DNA of 64,000 nucleotides from Marinicella sp. (GTDB lineage Bacteria; Pseudomonadota; Gammaproteobacteria; Xanthomonadales; Marinicellaceae): NCBI GenBank assembly GCA_965230295.1, contig OZ246001.1, positions 3,936,001 to 4,000,000 of the forward strand, read 5' to 3'. Shown piece by piece: positions 61,025 to 64,000 of this stretch (position 1 is its first letter; each line of letters starts with the position of its first letter). The notes under the pieces were generated by a model. It saw only the letters and a program-made list of their open reading frames with translations, ran no database searches and was not told where the DNA came from. The position numbers and the translations under genes were made by a program.

Positions 61025-64000
61025 GGCACCACTCCCTCAAACCCATCTTTGAAAATGTAATAGATCACAACATCGGTGTCAGAAGCTGTATTGTTTAAAG
61101 TATTGAAATCGGTTCCAGTGACCAGCACCACTTCAACTGTGTTGGTGAAATCCGGCACTGTCATGTTCACCAAACTCGGGTCAACTGTAGCTACCAGCCT
61201 CAATTCAACCCGACCACCTGCAGGTAAGTCAGCGCCACCGGTGATGTTGTTGGTATCAATATTTATACAAGTAGCACCTTCGAAGGCAGTACAGGTCCAA
61301 CTGGCGTTGATCAGTTCAACTGGCATTGTTTCATTGATAACCACCTCACCAGCATCTACTGAACCAATGTTTTCTGCCACAATTAAATATTCAATTTGCT
61401 GGCCAGGTTCTACCTCATCCAAACCATCAGACTTAGTCACTCTGACATCAACACCATTGATGAGATCGGTGGTGGTGGTGGCAATGTTATTGGCTAAATC
61501 AGAATCGAAAGTCGTGGTTGTGGCTTCTGCCAAATTATCGATTTGTCCCGTTAATGCCGGATTCAGCCGATAATTAACTATGATTTCATCAACTTGACCT
61601 GCTTCTGAATATCCAATGTCACAATTCAATGTCGTACCAACCACATCACAAACATTGACCACATCAACGGTAACATCCAGTTGTAAAGGCAAATCAACCA
61701 GTACATTCTCCGCATCCGAAGGACCTAAGTTTTCTACCCTGATATAGAAAGGCAAATCAGTGGTACTGGCAGGGTCATATGGATCGATCAAATCTTGTAA
61801 ATCCACAGATAAATCAGATATTTGACTGATTGGATCCGAGTCGATAGCAACATTATTGTTGGTATCCGGGTCCAAAACTGGAGCCGTTGCATCAACATTG
61901 GCTTGATTCGTCAACACACCTTGAGCTGCTGAACTGATCAGGGTATCTACTTGATATACAATTTGGGTGTTGGTCGCTAAGTAAACGACATCGTTGATAT
62001 CGCCAGAACCATTGGCACTACAAGTGGACCCTGGATCTGGAACACAAGTCCAGGTGATGTTCTGTAAATCACTTGGCATCAAATCTGTGATGATGGTACC
62101 TGGTGCATCACTTGGACCATTGTTATCTACAGTGATTTGATAACTGATCACCTCACCCGCAATGACAGCTGTTAATGCATTGGATTTAGTGATCGATAAA
62201 TCTGGTTCTTGCGTCACCGTTGTGTCCACCTGATCGGTGTTGTTAGAAAGGTCTTGGTCTGTATTGAAACCACCTTCAAAGACAACTGCATCTACCGCAT
62301 TGGTAATCACTCCAGCAAAAGCGGGAGAAACGGTTGCAGAAATATTGATGATAACCTCACCATCTGCACCAACATCTACAGGCAAACTCAAATTACCCAC
62401 CCCATTAGCCAGTGAACAATCAGACCTACCTGTTGCTGAACATGTCCATATTGGGTTGAGCAGCGCTGGATCTAAGATGTCATTGATGACCACGCCAAGT
62501 GCGTCACTTGGGCCGCTGTTAGATAATCGCAACTCATAATCAATTGACTCACCAGCAATAACGGAGGCTGGCCCGGATTTAGTAATGGCAACATCTGTCA
62601 TCACAGTGATCAAAGTGTCATCAAAATCACTGTTATTCACTAAATTCAAATCAACAGCACCCGGTTCAGCAATGATGTCTGCAATATTGTTAATGGTCCC
62701 ACGAGCAGATGGGTGCACCAACCCTTGAATTTGCAAACTTGCCGCGGATGTAGGGGTCATATACAAGGGAACAGATATTGAATCTGTGGTACCGGCTGCA
62801 CCATTACAAACTGCGCTGGCTGTGATCCTTAAAGTCTCAACCACATCCTCTGTTTGATACATGATGATGGCATTGACACCATCATTGATCATGTTGACAG
62901 ATTCATTGTCTAGATTGATTGAATCCTGGGTATACTCTTCCAATAAACTGATTTCACCCGTGCTGATGTTTCGGTCATACAAACTGGTTGTTACTGTCTC
63001 TGAATCCGTGATGAACAACCTTGATCCAGAAGGTGTCAAACTGATGGACGTGGGCTTAATCAATGAACCGGTACCTGGGTCTCCGTTTTGTAATTGTTGT
63101 TCGAATTCAACCAGACCAGTGATCGCTGTTCTATTAAACCGGATGATTGAACCTGGTGACTCCGTGGTGACATACATGAAATTACCATTCTTACTTAAAA
63201 CCACATGGTTCAATTCAGGCATGCTGGGTACCGTTAATCCACCATGATCATCACCGGCCCTAACCACTGACAAAAATGTCAATTCAAGGCTCACCGGATT
63301 GATTTCAAATACCGAAATTGCTTCAGAAAAATCAGCCACTGTATACAGGTGTTTACCATCAGAAGAAATGGCCAAATCAGTAATTTCAATGATTACATTA
63401 CTTTCAGGAACGATGGTTCCGAAACCATCTCGCACACGCTCAACAAAGGTCAGTTCGCCCGTCAATAAGTTACGCGAAAATACTGTGATGGCATCAGAGG
63501 CATTGGCAGCCACATACAGTCCACTGTTATCAGGCGTGATGCTCATTGCACGAGGGTCTTGCATACCGGTCACACCATTGACACCTGAAGTAACCGTTTC
63601 AACATAATTCAGTAAACCGGTGACGGTGTCTCTTGAGAAAACAACCAGGCTATTTGCAACCTGACTGGAGACATAAATAAAATCATTGTCTTGATCCATG
63701 ACTATGGCACTGGCGCCCAGTAAGCCGGCTACAGTACCGGCACCATTGATGTCCCCTTCAGCGACGATTTCTACAAAAGTTAATTGTCCACTTAGGTCAG
63801 AAGCGTATACAGCTACAGAGCCATTTTCTGACGTGAAATAGACAAACTGACCATCGTCAGATTTAACAGCATCGGTCACATCAGCCAGGCCATTCATGAT
63901 GTCTCCTGGGTACACTTGATTGACTTGAATGGTGTTGTTTGAATCACATGTCCAAGCAACCGATCCTGTCTCAAATCCAGCTTGGGTGGTCGGGAAAATC
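61021..64000 (-). CDS. Large surface protein, 3' part: lactonase-like beta-propeller and DUF11 (Ig-like) repeats, ending IFKDGFEGVVP
   Basis: Frame is open from 63999 (IFPTTQAGFETGSVAWTC...), so the gene starts outside the window; four complete D(L/V).ITK/S..Y...N.GPSDA..D....NN repeats plus one split repeat. Confidence 0.88.
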   Translation of the reverse strand, partial: IFPTTQAGFETGSVAWTCDSNNTIQVNQVYPGDIMNGLADVTDAVKSDDGQFVYFTSENGSVAVYASDLSGQLTFVEIVAEGDINGAGTVAGLLGASAIVMDQDNDFIYVSSQVANSLVVFSRDTVTGLLNYVETVTSGVNGVTGMQDPRAMSITPDNSGLYVAANASDAITVFSRNLLTGELTFVERVRDGFGTIVPESNVIIEITDLAISSDGKHLYTVADFSEAISVFEINPVSLELTFLSVVRAGDDHGGLTVPSMPELNHVVLSKNGNFMYVTTESPGSIIRFNRTAITGLVEFEQQLQNGDPGTGSLIKPTSISLTPSGSRLFITDSETVTTSLYDRNISTGEISLLEEYTQDSINLDNESVNMINDGVNAIIMYQTEDVVETLRITASAVCNGAAGTTDSISVPLYMTPTSAASLQIQGLVHPSARGTINNIADIIAEPGAVDLNLVNNSDFDDTLITVMTDVAITKSGPASVIAGESIDYELRLSNSGPSDALGVVINDILDPALLNPIWTCSATGRSDCSLANGVGNLSLPVDVGADGEVIINISATVSPAFAGVITNAVDAVVFEGGFNTDQDLSNNTDQVDTTVTQEPDLSITKSNALTAVIAGEVISYQITVDNNGPSDAPGTIITDLMPSDLQNITWTCVPDPGSTCSANGSGDINDVVYLATNTQIVYQVDTLISSAAQGVLTNQANVDATAPVLDPDTNNNVAIDSDPISQISDLSVDLQDLIDPYDPASTTDLPFYIRVENLGPSDAENVLVDLPLQLDVTVDVVNVCDVVGTTLNCDIGYSEAGQVDEIIVNYRLNPALTGQIDNLAEATTTTFDSDLANNIATTTTDLINGVDVRVTKSDGLDEVEPGQQIEYLIVAENIGSVDAGEVVINETMPVELINASWTCTAFEGATCINIDTNNITGGADLPAGGRVELRLVATVDPSLVNMTVPDFTNTVEVVLVTGTDFNTLNNTASDTDVVIYYIFKDGFEGVVP

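Noticed and set aside
61076-63607. Plus-strand ORFs of 68-165 aa opposite the DUF11 gene, and similar antisense ORFs elsewhere
   Set aside because: They are Ser/Val/Thr-rich antisense shadows of strongly supported genes, with no recognisable motifs.
47592-64000. Operon as a prophage or mobile island
   Set aside because: No integrase, transposase, tRNA or att-like repeat at the visible pheA boundary; the other boundary is outside the window.

Overview
Chromosomal window of a moderately AT-rich gammaproteobacterium. Gene content and C-terminal IFxDGFE tails suggest a Marinicella/Lysobacterales-like marine lineage (inference). About 47 kb is housekeeping and amino-acid catabolism: partial gyrA, tgt, PPK2, trmL, ubiA, ibpA with a ROSE-like thermometer, paaGHJABCDE plus arcA, serS, dnaQ, rnhA, gloB, recA-recX-bioA-yaaA, mutS, a ldh-liuA-thiolase-liuB-liuC operon and pheA. 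It also holds a rhombosortase/rhombotarget-lipoprotein locus, a tail-anchored vanadium-haloperoxidase-like enzyme and a missed 47-aa Cys-rich miniprotein. The most notable region is a tightly coupled minus-strand operon of at least five exported proteins (47592 to beyond 64000). Its 2783-aa signal-peptide-bearing core has a C-terminal ~850 aa that follow the motif order of Tc-toxin TcA (linker, channel hairpin, funnel). It is flanked by a PpiC foldase, an unknown 602-aa protein and two beta-propeller/Ig-like surface proteins, with no TcB/TcC or lysis genes visible in the window. I saw no rRNA, tRNA, CRISPR array or intact mobile element. All family assignments come from motif recognition, not database searches.
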